A DNA stretch of 64,000 nt, from assembly GCA_010909165.1 (NCBI GenBank), contig MU008155.1:1674001-1738000 (forward strand), given 5' to 3'. The DNA comes from Anthoceros angustus. Taxonomy: Eukaryota; Plantae; Anthocerotophyta. Below are positions 13,501 through 25,936 of this stretch, piece after piece (position 1 is the stretch's first letter; each line of letters starts with the position of its first letter). The notes under the pieces are model-generated. The model searched no databases and was not told the DNA's origin. It saw only the letters and a program-made list of their open reading frames with translations. Position numbers and translations under genes: made by a program.

Positions 13501-14266
13501 AGAAAGGGTAAAAGGCAGCTCGGCCCACGTGTTGAGGCCTACACGGCCCGCGACGGATATTTGTGATGCTGTGACGACACTTGTCTCTCCGGCTCCACAT
13601 CGTTTCTTCTATCTATTGGCTCGAGGACAGGAAAATTGGTTCAACCGCAGAGGCCAAGCGACGGCGACGGGCATCGGAATGGAATCTGGGCAGCTACACT
13701 GGCGAATCTGTCCCTGCCACACACAGGGCATGGCGGGATTGCAGGGGCCCTTTTCGACGTAGCTGGACACGCCATTATTGTGCATCTGTCCTTCAAAGTT
13801 ATGTCAGGCAATTCTGTTCATGACAGCCACCGAGAATCATACCCATCTTTGTTCACAGGCTCTCCACATGACAAGCTGACAAGGGAGCAACTGCCCTTCG
13901 GTGCTTCTCACGGACACCTCGGACAGATAATGTAAAACGTCAGACTCATGACATAAAAGGCATAGGTTCCGAGCTCATGACAACAGGACTCGTCCTCACA
14001 CATTCCGCACAGAGGACTCAAGGCAGCCATCCTTCTAAAAAGGTGCCCACAGATACTTCAGGCAGCCGCCATCCTTTCCAAAAGTTGCCACAGTAACGCC
14101 TTGTGCCTAGAAGTTGAGGACTTCCGGCTCCAACGTCCACCGGAGTGACACTTCAAGAGGAGTCCCTTGCACTTGTGCTTGATTCCCAGATTAGGCATGG
14201 AAAACTGACCACGACAGACAGAATGCCATACTTCCAACACCAAGTTTGCTGGCTTGCCTGCTTCCC

Positions 14267-16447
14267 TCACCGGTAGTAGTATGGAGACATGGAACGAGAC
14301 CTGGAGCGTGAGTACGATCGGGAGCGGTGCCCAGTCCCCTCTCGTACTGGGCTGTGGTCGGGGGATAGAGATCGGTCCCTGTCCCTCCTGTAAACAGCAG
14401 GTGAGTGATCTCGTCCACCACCACCACGATAAGGAGAATAATCACGCCCACCCCGGTAAGGGGAATAATCCCGCCCACCACGGTAAGGCGAGTACCTTGG
14501 AGAGTAGTCCCGACCACCTCGATAGGGGGAGTATCTTGGAGAGCGCCGCGAACTGTCACGCATGGAGTCATAACCTCTCCGACGAAAGCCATCGTGTGAG
14601 GCGGCTGCCATGCAATGGGCAATAGTAAGTTTTTCGGGGAAGAATTGGAGACATGAAAGAGAAACAGCACATACTATACTTACAAACTTCCCTTGAACTT
14701 CTCACTCCCAGGTATTTTCCGGGAGTTGGTGTGCGTGCCCTCTTCCGCTTGGCCTGTCAATGGCAAGAAGTATGTCAAGACACCGCCAGGGAAAGATACA
14801 ATAGGATCAGTCCCAGACAACACACAAATGCAAACAGGAGGAGTTACAACAAGGCACTTCTACAGAGCAAGAGCGTGCAGACACCAGACAGCGTGTCCAA
14901 TGCCAAGCCTCTCAAATCCATGCTTTCTGAAGCAGCAACCTCTTTGGCAGCTGATGCAGTTAATTAGATTGATGGCGCCTGACACACAAAACTCGGCTTG
15001 ATCACTTTGCGCAAACAAAGCCGATGCCGAAAGTTGATGAAGGATATCTAAGGTTGTGCAGCAACAGTTCCAAAGGTTGCCTGTTCAGGGGTACTGACAG
15101 CCGAAACGCCCACAACCAATACTACAAACATGCACACCCCTCAAAGAACACCACTATGACTACACAACATGCAACATTCATCTGCCAAAATTCAGCACCA
15201 AGACACTACACTAACCAAATCCCCTGCGTTTAGGGGCATCTGAGCTGTTCCACTGCAGAGTACTTGGACTGTGGCATGGAGGTTCAATGCGGCTTTGTTG
15301 CGCAAGTTGAGGGTGCCACAGTCGGAGGTCAGACTGATTAAAGTTGGAAGCATAACCAAGCTGGGTAGGTTCGAGACTGCTCAAGCTGGTTAGGTTGGAA
15401 TAGTTGATTAAGCTTGACTGCTCAAGCTGATTTAAGTGGACTGAATAGGTGCTGATGCTGAGACTAGACAGTTGCCTTGCTGCCAGCATAGTTGAGGCCA
15501 TAATCTCTGAATAACGAGGACCAACAACATGAATGAGTACTATCAGCATGTGCTAAGCAAAAGCTCGTCGGCAACCTTGGGACATTTTTCTACACAGGTA
15601 CTGAGCGGAAAACCTGACCGAAACGGCAGTCTCACAAACTACCTCACAACCAACTGCCATATTACCTTCTCAACCGTAATCACACGGCCTTCCAGTATGG
15701 ACCGGTTCAAGTACTTAATACACCGTTCCGCGTCCTCCAAAGTACCCATAGTTACAAAACCAAAACCACGAGATTCCCTTGTCCGTGGGTCCACAACCAA
15801 GCGACATTCAACAACCTGCGACCACCGACACGGAAACACCTTAGCACCTGAAGAGGAGGAAAGCTTTCTCCACACTTCAGTAGACCCCATGGCATAACGC
15901 CGTGAGAACCCACACCTTTCCTTCTTGAGAGAAGTGCTCCTCCAAGTCTTTCTCTGACACACGAGTAGACAAGCCAGTCACATAGAGGTTGTTTCCCGGA
16001 TTGATTGCCTCCCTTTGCTCTTCTCGTCCCCCTCCATATCCACCCCTGCCCGCAGAAGAATATCGCTTGTCACAAGCGAGCCTAATACCAGCTCGAAAAC
16101 AAACACAGGCCCTCTGTCCCCATCAACTCCCATACCTAGCAGGGCTCCGTGGAGACCTGGACCTCGAAGTGTACCGCCTCGGTGAAGGTGAAGCATACCT
16201 GCCAAGACAACTCCACGTTGACAAAAAGAAGCGACACAAAACCCTGCAACAAAACCCACAACACCTCCTTTCCTGCTTACCTTCGCTTGGGAGACTCAGC
16301 CTGCGACACAAACAGCAGACAAACTGTGAGCAACCTGGATAACCTCGCCAACCCTACAATCCATTAAGGCCGGCTCCAAGCTGCTAATTGCAACTCCAAC
16401 GGCACGATCGCCAGGACCTACAGCAGGGGGGCAAACGAGCTCACCAT
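14267..16447 (-). CDS. SR45a: SR45a / Tra2-like RS-RRM-RS splicing factor, multi-exon
   Basis: ATG|GT at 16447, then AESPKR, YASPSPRRYTSRSRSPRSP, RRM NPGNNLYVTGLSTRVSEKDLEEHFSQEGK | VVECRLVVDPRTRESRGFGFVTM...GRVITVEK | AKRKRARTPTPGKYLG, and an RS tail with YSPYRGGRD repeats. The exact 3' end is uncertain. Confidence 0.88.
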
Positions 16448-16802
16448 GGGCGCGTGACAGCAGATTTCTCTTAAATAAGTTCACAAACGCGCTGCGCGAG
16501 AACACCAATCTGCCAGCTCCTACGAGGACGAACAAACATCAGGCTAACCCGCGCAGCTCCGCTCCAGCTCAACAGCGCACCCAACACCACAGAGAACAAA
16601 GCTCCCAAACCCTAGACTGATGGCAGCGTCCACGATGCACCCAGGTACATGTCAGCTGCTCACAGCCCGGTACTCGCTGAGGAAAGGCCTCGGGGCTGGG
16701 CAGCTTCCTGGACACGTTAGGTCTTGTTGATTCCGGTATGTAATTACACATTCGTGTATAAATACACTGCACGTGTACCGTACCCTATCGGGTGCTTCGG
16801 TG

Positions 16803-16990
16803 GAAATAAGAAATAGGGAAAAAGGAAATCATAAATTAAAAATTGGGAAATAAGAAAATAAAAATAGAGAAATAAGGAAATAGGAAATAAGGAAATAAGA
16901 AATAAGAAAATGCAGAAATAAGAAATAAAGAAATAGAGAAATAGAAAATAAGGAAATTAAGAAATAGGAGATAGGAGATAGAATAGGTAT
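16803..16990. repeat. Purine-rich low-complexity tract (AAATAAGR / AAATAGG variants)
   Basis: Read directly from the sequence. It abuts the left MULE TIR. Confidence 0.85.
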
Positions 16991-17328
16991 AGGATCTACT
17001 GCAGGCGCTACTGGTTCATGTGCTCTTAATGCGAGTACGGAAACTAAAGCGCCAACTCACCATGGTGAGCATGTCACATCGCAGCGGTCATGCCATCGCT
17101 ATCATCCACTCTCCCGTTCGGCGCGACGGCATTTCGTGCGCCCGTCGCCACTTCACTAACCCTAATGTAACGTATAATATAGCTATACCATATGTACTCT
17201 GTGTTGTACTCATATGTCTACGTATTTCTGAACCCGTCTTTAGTTTGAAGAAAGGCAAACTCTGAAAGTGCCCTATCCCGCTCGCTCACGAGGCCAGGCT
17301 CCAGAGCTGGCCGTGACCGAACTTGCAG

Positions 17329-17550
17329 AATGAAGCTCGACTTAACACGGTGGTCGCTCAGTTGGAGGAGGACGAGCCTACCCAGCTCAGCTTTGTGCCT
17401 CTGCGCATCACTATACAGGATTACGATAGAGGCTCACATGTCTATAGAGGTTGCGTCAAATGTTTCACTGGTATCTCGCCGGGAGGGTAGTGTAAAAAAT
17501 GTAAGGCTGTTGTGAATGGGCAAATGCAATACCGTCTTCGACTTAATTGA
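17329..17550 (+). pseudogene. RPA1 DBD-C-like OB-fold / C4 zinc-ribbon remnant inside the MULE
   Basis: The frame from 17341 reads LNTVVAQLEEDEPTQLSFVPLRITIQDYDRGSHVYRGCVKCFTGISPGG*CKKCKAVVNGQMQYRLRLN*. A candidate acceptor TTGCAG ends at 17328. Confidence 0.55.
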
Positions 17551-17621
17551 TGTCTTATATGCCCATGTACCACAAGTAAGCTTGCATTCCCTACCACATA
17601 TTACGGAACAATGGTGTCCAC

Positions 17622-20091
17622 TCATCCAGCAAGCTCCACGAAAGTGGGCTGTTTCTTCTTAGATGGTGCCAGTTTCCAAGTACTACTTCTTTCCCAAAAA
17701 GCAAGCTTCCTTTTCAAGCTGTTATCTGAATAGCTATTATCAGCTAGCACTGGTAGTGTTGGAAGCATGGTGTTACCTACTACACCAGCTCCCATGCCCT
17801 CTAGTTGTCTGATCATTTGCTGGAATAAGCCCTTCGCATGCTGCTCAAGAAAAGGCCACTTTTCCAAAACGAGTGTCAACTGCTGGCACAAAGCTCCCAA
17901 ACTTGGAGACGTCTCCAATCTACCTACTGTGCACACGGTTGCTTGCTCAAGAACGGGAATACCAGTCTCACCTTGGCTACTTGTCCCCAAGCAAGCCACC
18001 GTCATGTGGGAGGAAATTCTCCCACATGAAGTGTCCTCTTGATCTTGGCGAAGTCGTGTTGGAACTCGGTTTGAGCAACTGCAACCTCGGAATACCTAAC
18101 AACCAGCTTTTGAGTGGGGACTACCTTGTCCATGAGCAGCATAACCTTGAGCTGGTGTTTGCACATGAAACCTCGCGTCCCTTGCTTACATGTACAATAA
18201 CGCCAAGGGGTTCCAGCACCACTCACAATATCTACGTGCTTTCTCATTGTCCTAACTGTTGACATAAGCAATATTTGGAGAGTCTGGAGTTGGTAAGACC
18301 ACATGGCTGTCTAATATGGCTGTTGCTTTTTGGAGAGCACTCTGCACAATGTCCTATTGCTTAGAATTTTGAAGCATGCCAACTGCCTTACACTGGGCTA
18401 CATACCAAAAGTGCCTGTTAACCTCTTCGAACAAAATATGCAGCAACCAATCTAATCGCCGATTACGAAGGGTTTTCTTGGAGAGCAAACATCTGTACTT
18501 CAGATGTTTGTGATATGCTTCTATGGGCGAGTTGCAGTCTTGTCCGGCATGTGGAATTGTCCTAACTGCTTTAATCCACTGTAGCATGTTAGAACCCCAC
18601 TGGTCTTTAAAATACTTCACAAAGCTGCTACCAGACTCCTGGAAGGTAGCCTAAAACAGTTCAAGTCTTTGAACGCATGCTTGGTTTACCTCTACCCCGA
18701 CATCAATGTCCATATGCATGATGTCACCTAAGGATTTCATAATTGCATGCCTGGTGTCGGGTGCCTTCACCTTTTTTAGCAATTGCCGCAGCCAAGCCCT
18801 CCGAACATGCCATAGGCACAAGAAAACCAGTGCGTTACTTCCAAACACAGCCTTGATGCCATTAATTTCCGCCATACAATCGTCTACCACAAAAGCGGTC
18901 GGTTGTCAATCTGCCCTATGTAGCAGCATCCTTGCTCGTAAGCATTCCAGCCACTGTGAAATATTGGCTGACGTAGCCTTGCTGTTAATCACCCAAGCGA
19001 CATGGATACCGTTAAAATGATCGTCAAAAACCAACAGAGTGAATAGCTGGAACTTCCACTTATTGGTGCCAAATGTGACATCCATAGATATCAACGACTT
19101 GTGACTAGCAACATGGATCAGAATCGAAAACTGCTTGGATGCCTAACATAAAATCCTTGGCATGCTGTTCTTCTCCCAGCAAAGGAAAAAACACCTCCTC
19201 TCTATGGACATCCATCCACAGCTTGACACTCACCTCATCGTTTACATGGAATTGCCACACCTTGGAGTCCAACTCTGCCTGCAAATTCCTTATGTCTCTA
19301 GGCAACAAAAAATCATCCCGCTCAAGGACTGCTTGCACATCACGATGCTTCCTTAAAAACACCTTAGACTCATGGTCAATTAGGATCAAAAAGCTGCCTT
19401 ACGTAGCAACTTATACTTCACCCACTCTTCTTAGCCGTGGAGCAAGGGTACAATTTGAAGCTGAATCACTCGCTAGCAAACCATGACAATACTCTCCCGT
19501 TGAATCAATGTGCTCCCTTTGATGTAGTCTCAGTTCAGCAACCTCAGGAAACATCTCCAGCTATGTTACAAACAATAAAAACTAGCACCCGCGTTTCTTG
19601 CTTTCTCCACAAGCAATCTTGGAGCGCCTGCTCCCTTTGCCTAACTTCGGCTTGTTAGTGATGTCCGCACAAACTGCAGAATCCAGAGGAGTTTGCTTTC
19701 GGTAGCCATAAGCACAGGCAAACTTGATGTAGTGCCGAGGAGTGGTAGATGAAATTCCTCTTTGCCTCACACCAGATCTGGTCGAAACATTGGCCCTTAT
19801 CAATTTGGTGGGGAAGAATGTCGACTTCTCTTCGCCAGCAATGAAATCTGGGTACCTCGTCCAGGGGATGTAGCAACGTTTCACACGAGTCACCGTCTGC
19901 CGGACAAGATGCTCACCATCCTGCCAGTTCAATGTCTCCTTACAGAAAGGACTGGAACCCGGATTTTGCACTTCAAAAGGGCAAGGTTGAGGTAGGATGG
20001 GGCACCCACCTTCTCGAATACATCCATGAGATGCGAGGTCGAGTGAAGGCGTATGGTCACGCTCTTTGTAGGCATCCTTCACCCGCCTCAA
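17622..20091 (-). pseudogene. MULE transposase pseudogene (DDE + SWIM zinc finger)
   Basis: ISMDVTFGTNK, VVDDC, CLWHVRRAW (CxxH), YFKDQW, NSPIEAYH and SWIM CTCKQGTRGFMCKH are spread over several ORFs broken by stops and frameshifts. Confidence 0.88.
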
Positions 20092-20798
20092 AGTGATAGG
20101 GCACTTTCAGAGTTTGCACTTCTTCAAACTAAAGACAGGCTCAAGAATGCGTAGACATGTGGGTACAATATAAAGTACATATGGTATAGCTATATTATAC
20201 GGTTACATTAGGGTTAGTGAAGCGGCGACGGGTGCGCGAAAAGCCGTCGCGCCGAACGAGAGAGTGGATGAGAGCGATGGCATGACCGCTGCGGTGTGAC
20301 ATGTTCACCATGGTGAGTTGGCGCTTTGGTTTCCGTGCTTGCATTAAGAGCACAGTGACCATTACCTGCGGGGATCTACAAGCGCGGAAATGTTTTAAGA
20401 ATTATTATTATTATTATTATTTAATATTAAATATTAAATTGAAATTAATGATTTAATTATTAATTTATATTATTTTCAAAATAATTATTTCGACACTACC
20501 TGTGGAACCACCCCGTGGGGTACGGTCGTAGGTAGTCCAGATGAAATTTTCGATGTATACTTTGAGTCCAAATTCACTAAAACGGTACCTAGTAGGTAGT
20601 CCTATATAGGAAATTAGGATATTTGCATATTTGCCGGGAGAAGTTTTGGCATGGATCGAGGAACGTGGGACCTCGAGTCTCGGGCTAGTCGGCCCATCGG
20701 GGCGCCAAGCCCAGCCTCCAGGCTTGAAGTGCACGTATCTTTATAACCTCGCGGATGCCATTTGGAGGGAGTCACTGCGAGCTACAGGTCTGGCCAGA

Positions 20799-21708
20799 AT
20801 GGCTCGATCGGCGTGCCTGCATCTCCATCTGCGTCTAGCGCTGTTGCTCTCGCTCTCCCTTGTCTGCACATTCACTGCAGGTTGATCTGCACGTTTTCGA
20901 GATAGTCAATGTGCGTTCGTGATGCATTGGACAGTAGATGGATCGATCTGAAGGAGCTGTAAGCTTAGCTGCAATGCAAAGCCCGCTGGCGATGACGGTG
21001 GCACGAGTGGCTCACCGCACCTCTGATTTGTGCTTCCCGCAGCTTCCCCGAGACTTGCGATCAGCATGTTGGCGTGTGAAGATCTGCTGCCAGAGGACTG
21101 CGCGTTCTCTGTCTCCTCCTCCGGAGCGCGCTGCGTGCTGGAGAAGATTTACTCTACAAATGGCAAGTTCAAGGCTCAGTGCCAGGTATTTGTCACTCAG
21201 ATCTGCCTCATTCACGGTTGTATGCGATTTCCGCCTGCTAGTGCTGAGCACTCATCCTTGGTAATTGTTGACGTGAATCAACCTCAATGGCTGGATGGTG
21301 CAGACTGCTCTCATTGCGGCTGAAAAGGCCGCGGAATGGATCGAGAGCGATGAGTGCATCGAGGCCTGCGGGCTCACCCGCATGACCTACGGGTTGTCCA
21401 CCGATCTGCTACTGGAGCCCGACCGTCTGGACTGGCTCTGCTCACCGCGCTGCTTGGATTCTTGCCCCAACATCGTGGATCTCTACACTAATCTGGCTGC
21501 CGGCGAAGGTAGCACCGCAGAAATTCGTCCTACTTACTTCTTCAGTCTGCATTTGCATTATTACATCTGGCTGCTTGCTCCATGAGCCTCAACTATTGCA
21601 CCGTGGTTTGCAGGCATCTATTTGCCGCAGCTTTGCCTTGTGACAGACCATCAAGGAAGGCGCTCTTTGGCGTCCATAGCGCCAGAAGCTCCTCCGTCAG
21701 GGTTTTGA
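20799..21708 (+). CDS. PAR1 (photoassimilate-responsive) family secreted Cys-rich protein, 4 exons
   Basis: Signal peptide MARSACLHLHLRLALLLSLSLVCTFTA, then ACEDLLPEDCAFSVSSSGARCVLEK, ESDECIEACGLTR...LCSPRCLDSCPNIVDLYTNLAAGEG | IYLPQLC. Confidence 0.85.
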
Positions 21709-23066
21709 GACCCGAACACCTCACCTCACGTGGGTAACGTGCTCGATCTTCGAGGTTTGTTTCGTTCTGGAACGGGTTTTATGACTTGCATAAATCGCAC
21801 TGTTTAGTGCACATTTCCTTCGTTTAGGCCTTAGGTAGTATTTTACGACTGTAAGTAATGTATAAATTTTTGCAACCACACTTGCTTGCGTTTTGGGGGT
21901 GATAATGATCATGATAGCAGCTTGTTCTTGTCAGATCCATTAGTACTGATATGCTCTTTGCCGTCTCGTCGAATGCCGAATTCTGGCTGGTTCTCACACT
22001 GTGAGGCATATTTCGATAACCTACACCTAGTATCCAAAGCAGATAACTCAAGATCTATCTTAAAATGAAGGAAGACCCGGAAGCCGTATGCATAGCTTCC
22101 AACTTTCAAGTTTCGCCCACTTATCAGTTGTGAAACCCGGAACGCATAACCACTTCCTTGCCCTTGACCGCGTTGAGCTTGTTCTTGTGGCGCCGGTTCG
22201 GGCGTGACAAGCTGCATTATGGAGTGGTTTGCAAAGTAGGTTCCCCAATAAGAAAACTTTGGGGTTGTGGTAAACCGGGCCTATGGCTTGGCACAAAATT
22301 GACTTGGTTATTGTATAGCTAAGCGGTTAGGCAGTTGAAGTTCAAGGTCACCGAAGGCTCAAGCCGCTGTTGGACAGGTTCAGACATTGGAGGCAAGGTA
22401 ATCTGGAAGCTCTCGGAATTGTGTTGCCTGACAAATCAAAGAAGGAGGGTTATTTCAAGTACGTGTAGAATTTGCTGCTTGCAAGGCGAAGTTATCCAGC
22501 CTGGACCTCACCTTTCAACTAGCTAAGTGCCACCTGAGGAAGACCGCAGGTGACGACTGCAGATGGATTCCTGCTATCTAGAAAATTCGAATGGTTTCCA
22601 TATCCAGCGAACTCGACAGTCTCGTCCATCGGATTCTTACGTCGTTCACACCCGCCTGCACAATTGCCAACGTGATAGCGAAAGAAACCAGGCCAATCGC
22701 TGCGCGTGCGCGTCAGCGAGAAGGAAGACTTCAGACTGTCTACACATCTTCGCAGCAGCAAGGAAAATACATTTGTGAGGACATGGCGTTGTCCTCACAG
22801 TGCAATTGGAGAAAATTATCACCCTTGAGGTTTTCTAAGGGTGCACGACACACAAGCTCTCCGAGCATAGCCATAGGTGCTCCTGTGACAACCAGGAGTT
22901 CTAGATTACAGGCTTTGACTGGGATCAAAGGTCATGCCAAGTTCGGCTACAGCCAAAGTCAGCTGCCGAGTGCCGTGTGCATACTATCAGCCTATCAGGT
23001 GCAGGAAGATGGAAGTTTGATGAGCTGCTGTGTGGTCTAAGCTGATGGTACTTGGTTTCTTCCTTC

Positions 23067-25936
23067 TCACTCTGGTTGGTAAGAAGGATGCTGTTGGAAA
23101 GACAACTGCTGCTGCAGGTGCTGCAACATATTAGGCTGGTGCATTGGTTGCCACAGGGGCTGCTGGTGATGCTGTTGAGCCGCAGCAGTCATGGATTGCA
23201 GGCTTGCATACGGTTTTGAATCGAGATTGACTGGAGAATCTAAAGGTGCTGTGTCCCCGCTCAGTTTGACCTCCAGCTTTTTGCCCCGAGGTGTTACGAC
23301 CTGTCTTCGTTTAGACGTATCCAACTGTTGCTGTAGGTTCTGCTTATTCAGCTGACCTAACATTGAAGTGGAGAGCTGACGCTGTAGCTGCTGTGGATAG
23401 CCCTGTACACCATTCAAAGACGAAGCAAACTCAGTCAAAGGGAGACGAACCGGCAGGGGAATTACTGCGCTGTTTTGTCATGATTCTGCAGCAAACGAGG
23501 TCCGTCGAAATCTACCTGATGAACTTGCAGTGGAGGGAGTACTTGTTGCACTTGTTTTCTCCTCTGCAGGAGCTGCTGCTGCTGCTGATGTTGCTGTTGC
23601 AGTTGTTGCTGTTGTTGGTGCTGCTGCTGCTGCTGTGGATGCTGTGGATGCTGTGGATGCTGCTGCTGCTGTTGTGGATGCTGCTGCTGCTGCTGTGGAT
23701 GCTGCTGCTGCTGCTGCTGTGGATGCTGCTGCTGGCTATGATGATCCTGAGGACCAACACCGGATGAAGTCTTCATGTACTCCAATAGCTCCTGGATGGA
23801 CCTGCATGATTGTACAGCATGCAAAGGATGATCAGCCGCAGAATGTTCGCACAAGGTAAGAAGGCGTAGGAGGGTTTTGAGATCAAAGAAATCAACAAGC
23901 AAATTTTAGAGCCACATACCCACCCCCGGCAATTTGCATGTACATCCTTAACAGTTCCATTTGTGAACATTCGTTGCCATATCTATCTACCAACATCCTC
24001 AGGTTGCTTCCGAGTTTCTTCACAAAAACGCAGACGAGCTCACAAAGGGTGTCCAGAGACCCTTCCTTCAAGCCCTCGTACCCACTAGTAGCCACAATCT
24101 TTACTATTGTCTGCTTCATCATGGCCTGTGCCCCCCGCTCAGACAAACCCGTCTTCTTCACAGCCCCTTTGGCATCGCCTGAAACTGGCAAGGATTCGCA
24201 ATTGGCAGTAGACACATCAGCACCAGGACCAAGAATCAGACGACTCTTTAAACCAAAGCTTGCCTCGCCATCGGACAGCCTGCGTGTCTGCTTCAAGCTT
24301 GCCCACGGGGCCTTGTCATTGACATTGTCCATGACACTGTTAGCTGGAACAGGATTATCTGGGACACAATTAGCAGGGAACATGAATTCTGGGAAAAAGA
24401 CTTCAGCTTCCTCAGCATCAGAGTCCATCTCCAACTTCACAGCTGAGCCAAAAGCATCGATCCGTTGCACAGGATTGAAGAGCGTGCTTCCTGATCCTCC
24501 AGTTCTCTGTGTATCAGCTTTCCGCTTGTTGGTCACTTTTGAATAATATTCCACATACTTGGCCATTCCTTTAGGTGTCCGGACTAAAGCCTTCTGATCT
24601 TCAAAAGGAAGTTTCTGCTCAGCAATTCGGTTTGCCAACCTACCCATTCTCTCCATTAACTGCGATTTTTGCCATTTGTCATACCACAGTTCAGCACCAT
24701 CCTCGTTGTCAGCAAGCCTGGTCCCAGAACTCATCCCTGTCAAATCAAGTACGATAGATAATAAAACCGTAGGTGACACACTAGTTGATAAGGCAGGCTT
24801 GAGTACCGCAATCCAAGATACTCTAACTTTCAAGGAAAGTAAGCTATCATATATTCAACAAACATAGATTTAAACCAAAAACCTAAGAAAACGTGCATAG
24901 GCAGATCATAGAAGGAGAACCAAACTGAAATTCACCATCTGCAGGATTCCAAGTGATCTCCTTCACTTTCGCAAGCGATACCTCTGTAGTGTTCTGCAGA
25001 AACCCCTTATATCTGGTCAGAAAACAATGCCAGATGTGGCATATCTAACCTATGGTCAAGGCAGATCTCACAGGCCTCACTGCCTACAGTAATTCGTACA
25101 GCATCAATATTTGAAGGATAGTTAAGCCTGCTCCTTGCATTGTCAGTCGGCCACCTTTGCCTCTCACTCCCATACCTGAAGCCAACCAGTAGAGATTTCT
25201 CAGCATCAACGTTACATACAGCAACCGCAAGTGCAAAGAGATAATTCCGAAGAATGATCACATATTCACACCTTGCGCTATCGTGAATAGGGTCAAGCCC
25301 ATGCTGTCAAAGGAGACCTCCACATTACTTCCACGGATTGCCAGCGAGCCGAACAAGGCCACTAAGAACACACTAAAAGCAAAGAAAAAATAATAATCTT
25401 TACACCAATTACGGTACACAAACCTGTGCTTGCAAAGCAGCCAAGGCAGCTGATCCTCCGGCTTGAAGTCGACACCAATCCTCCGCATCCTGCTCCAAAG
25501 TAAAGTAGATGCTATCGGGATGCAAGTGAAAATCTGTGCACCGAACCACCTCAGATTAGCGTAACCACCCTATGACACCCCGACGAGGTACTCGATCATC
25601 AAAAGAATAATGCCGAGCTTCCGTCAGGAATCTGAGAAGGGGAGCCAATTAACTTCATAACTGCGGGATTCAAGGCGGTAGCTGGTCACCTGGAGACTGC
25701 ACGAACAGGGCTGACGATGCTTTATCAAACAACAGGGCTCGCACGCGTAATTGCAGCCTCAAGCTATCCTGGGAGCTGGATTTGGAAGCCATGAATGCAA
25801 GCCAAGCCGGAAGAGAAGCCATGTGAGGCTTGAGCAGACCATAATCTGTATCTCCCAGCCATGTTCGCCATGCCGCAGACGCCTCGAGCTTCTGTGCCAG
25901 CTCATACCCGCTTCCGTCCTCGCCCAGCATAGCCAT
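23067..25936 (-). CDS. At5g65540-like protein with bromodomain-associated (BTP) histone-fold domain and Gln-rich C-terminus, multi-exon
   Basis: N-terminus MAMLGEDGSGYELAQKLEASAAWRTWLGD...LRLQLRVRALLFDKAS. Histone-fold-like QAMMKQTIVKIVATSGYEGLKEGSLDTLCELV...KLGSNLRMLVDRY. Poly-Q/QQHP tail. The 3' end is uncertain. Confidence 0.75.
23565..23740. repeat. Coding CAG-rich microsatellite (poly-Q with QQHP units)
   Basis: (GCT)n runs interrupted by GTGGAT on the + strand. Confidence 0.9.

Larger units (their letters stand above)
16993..20376 (-). mobile_element. Mutator-like DNA transposon (MULE), degenerate
   Basis: Long imperfect inverted repeats at 16993-17277 and 20095-20376 flank a decayed DDE transposase with a SWIM finger. 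No target-site duplication was found. Confidence 0.88.

Noticed and set aside
16774-20528. Longer MULE ends (ACCGTACCC...GGGTG near 16777 inverted at about 20505-20525) and a target-site duplication
   Set aside because: Only about 14/18 identity, separated from the TIRs by non-matching low-complexity tracts. No 9-bp TSD was found at either candidate boundary.
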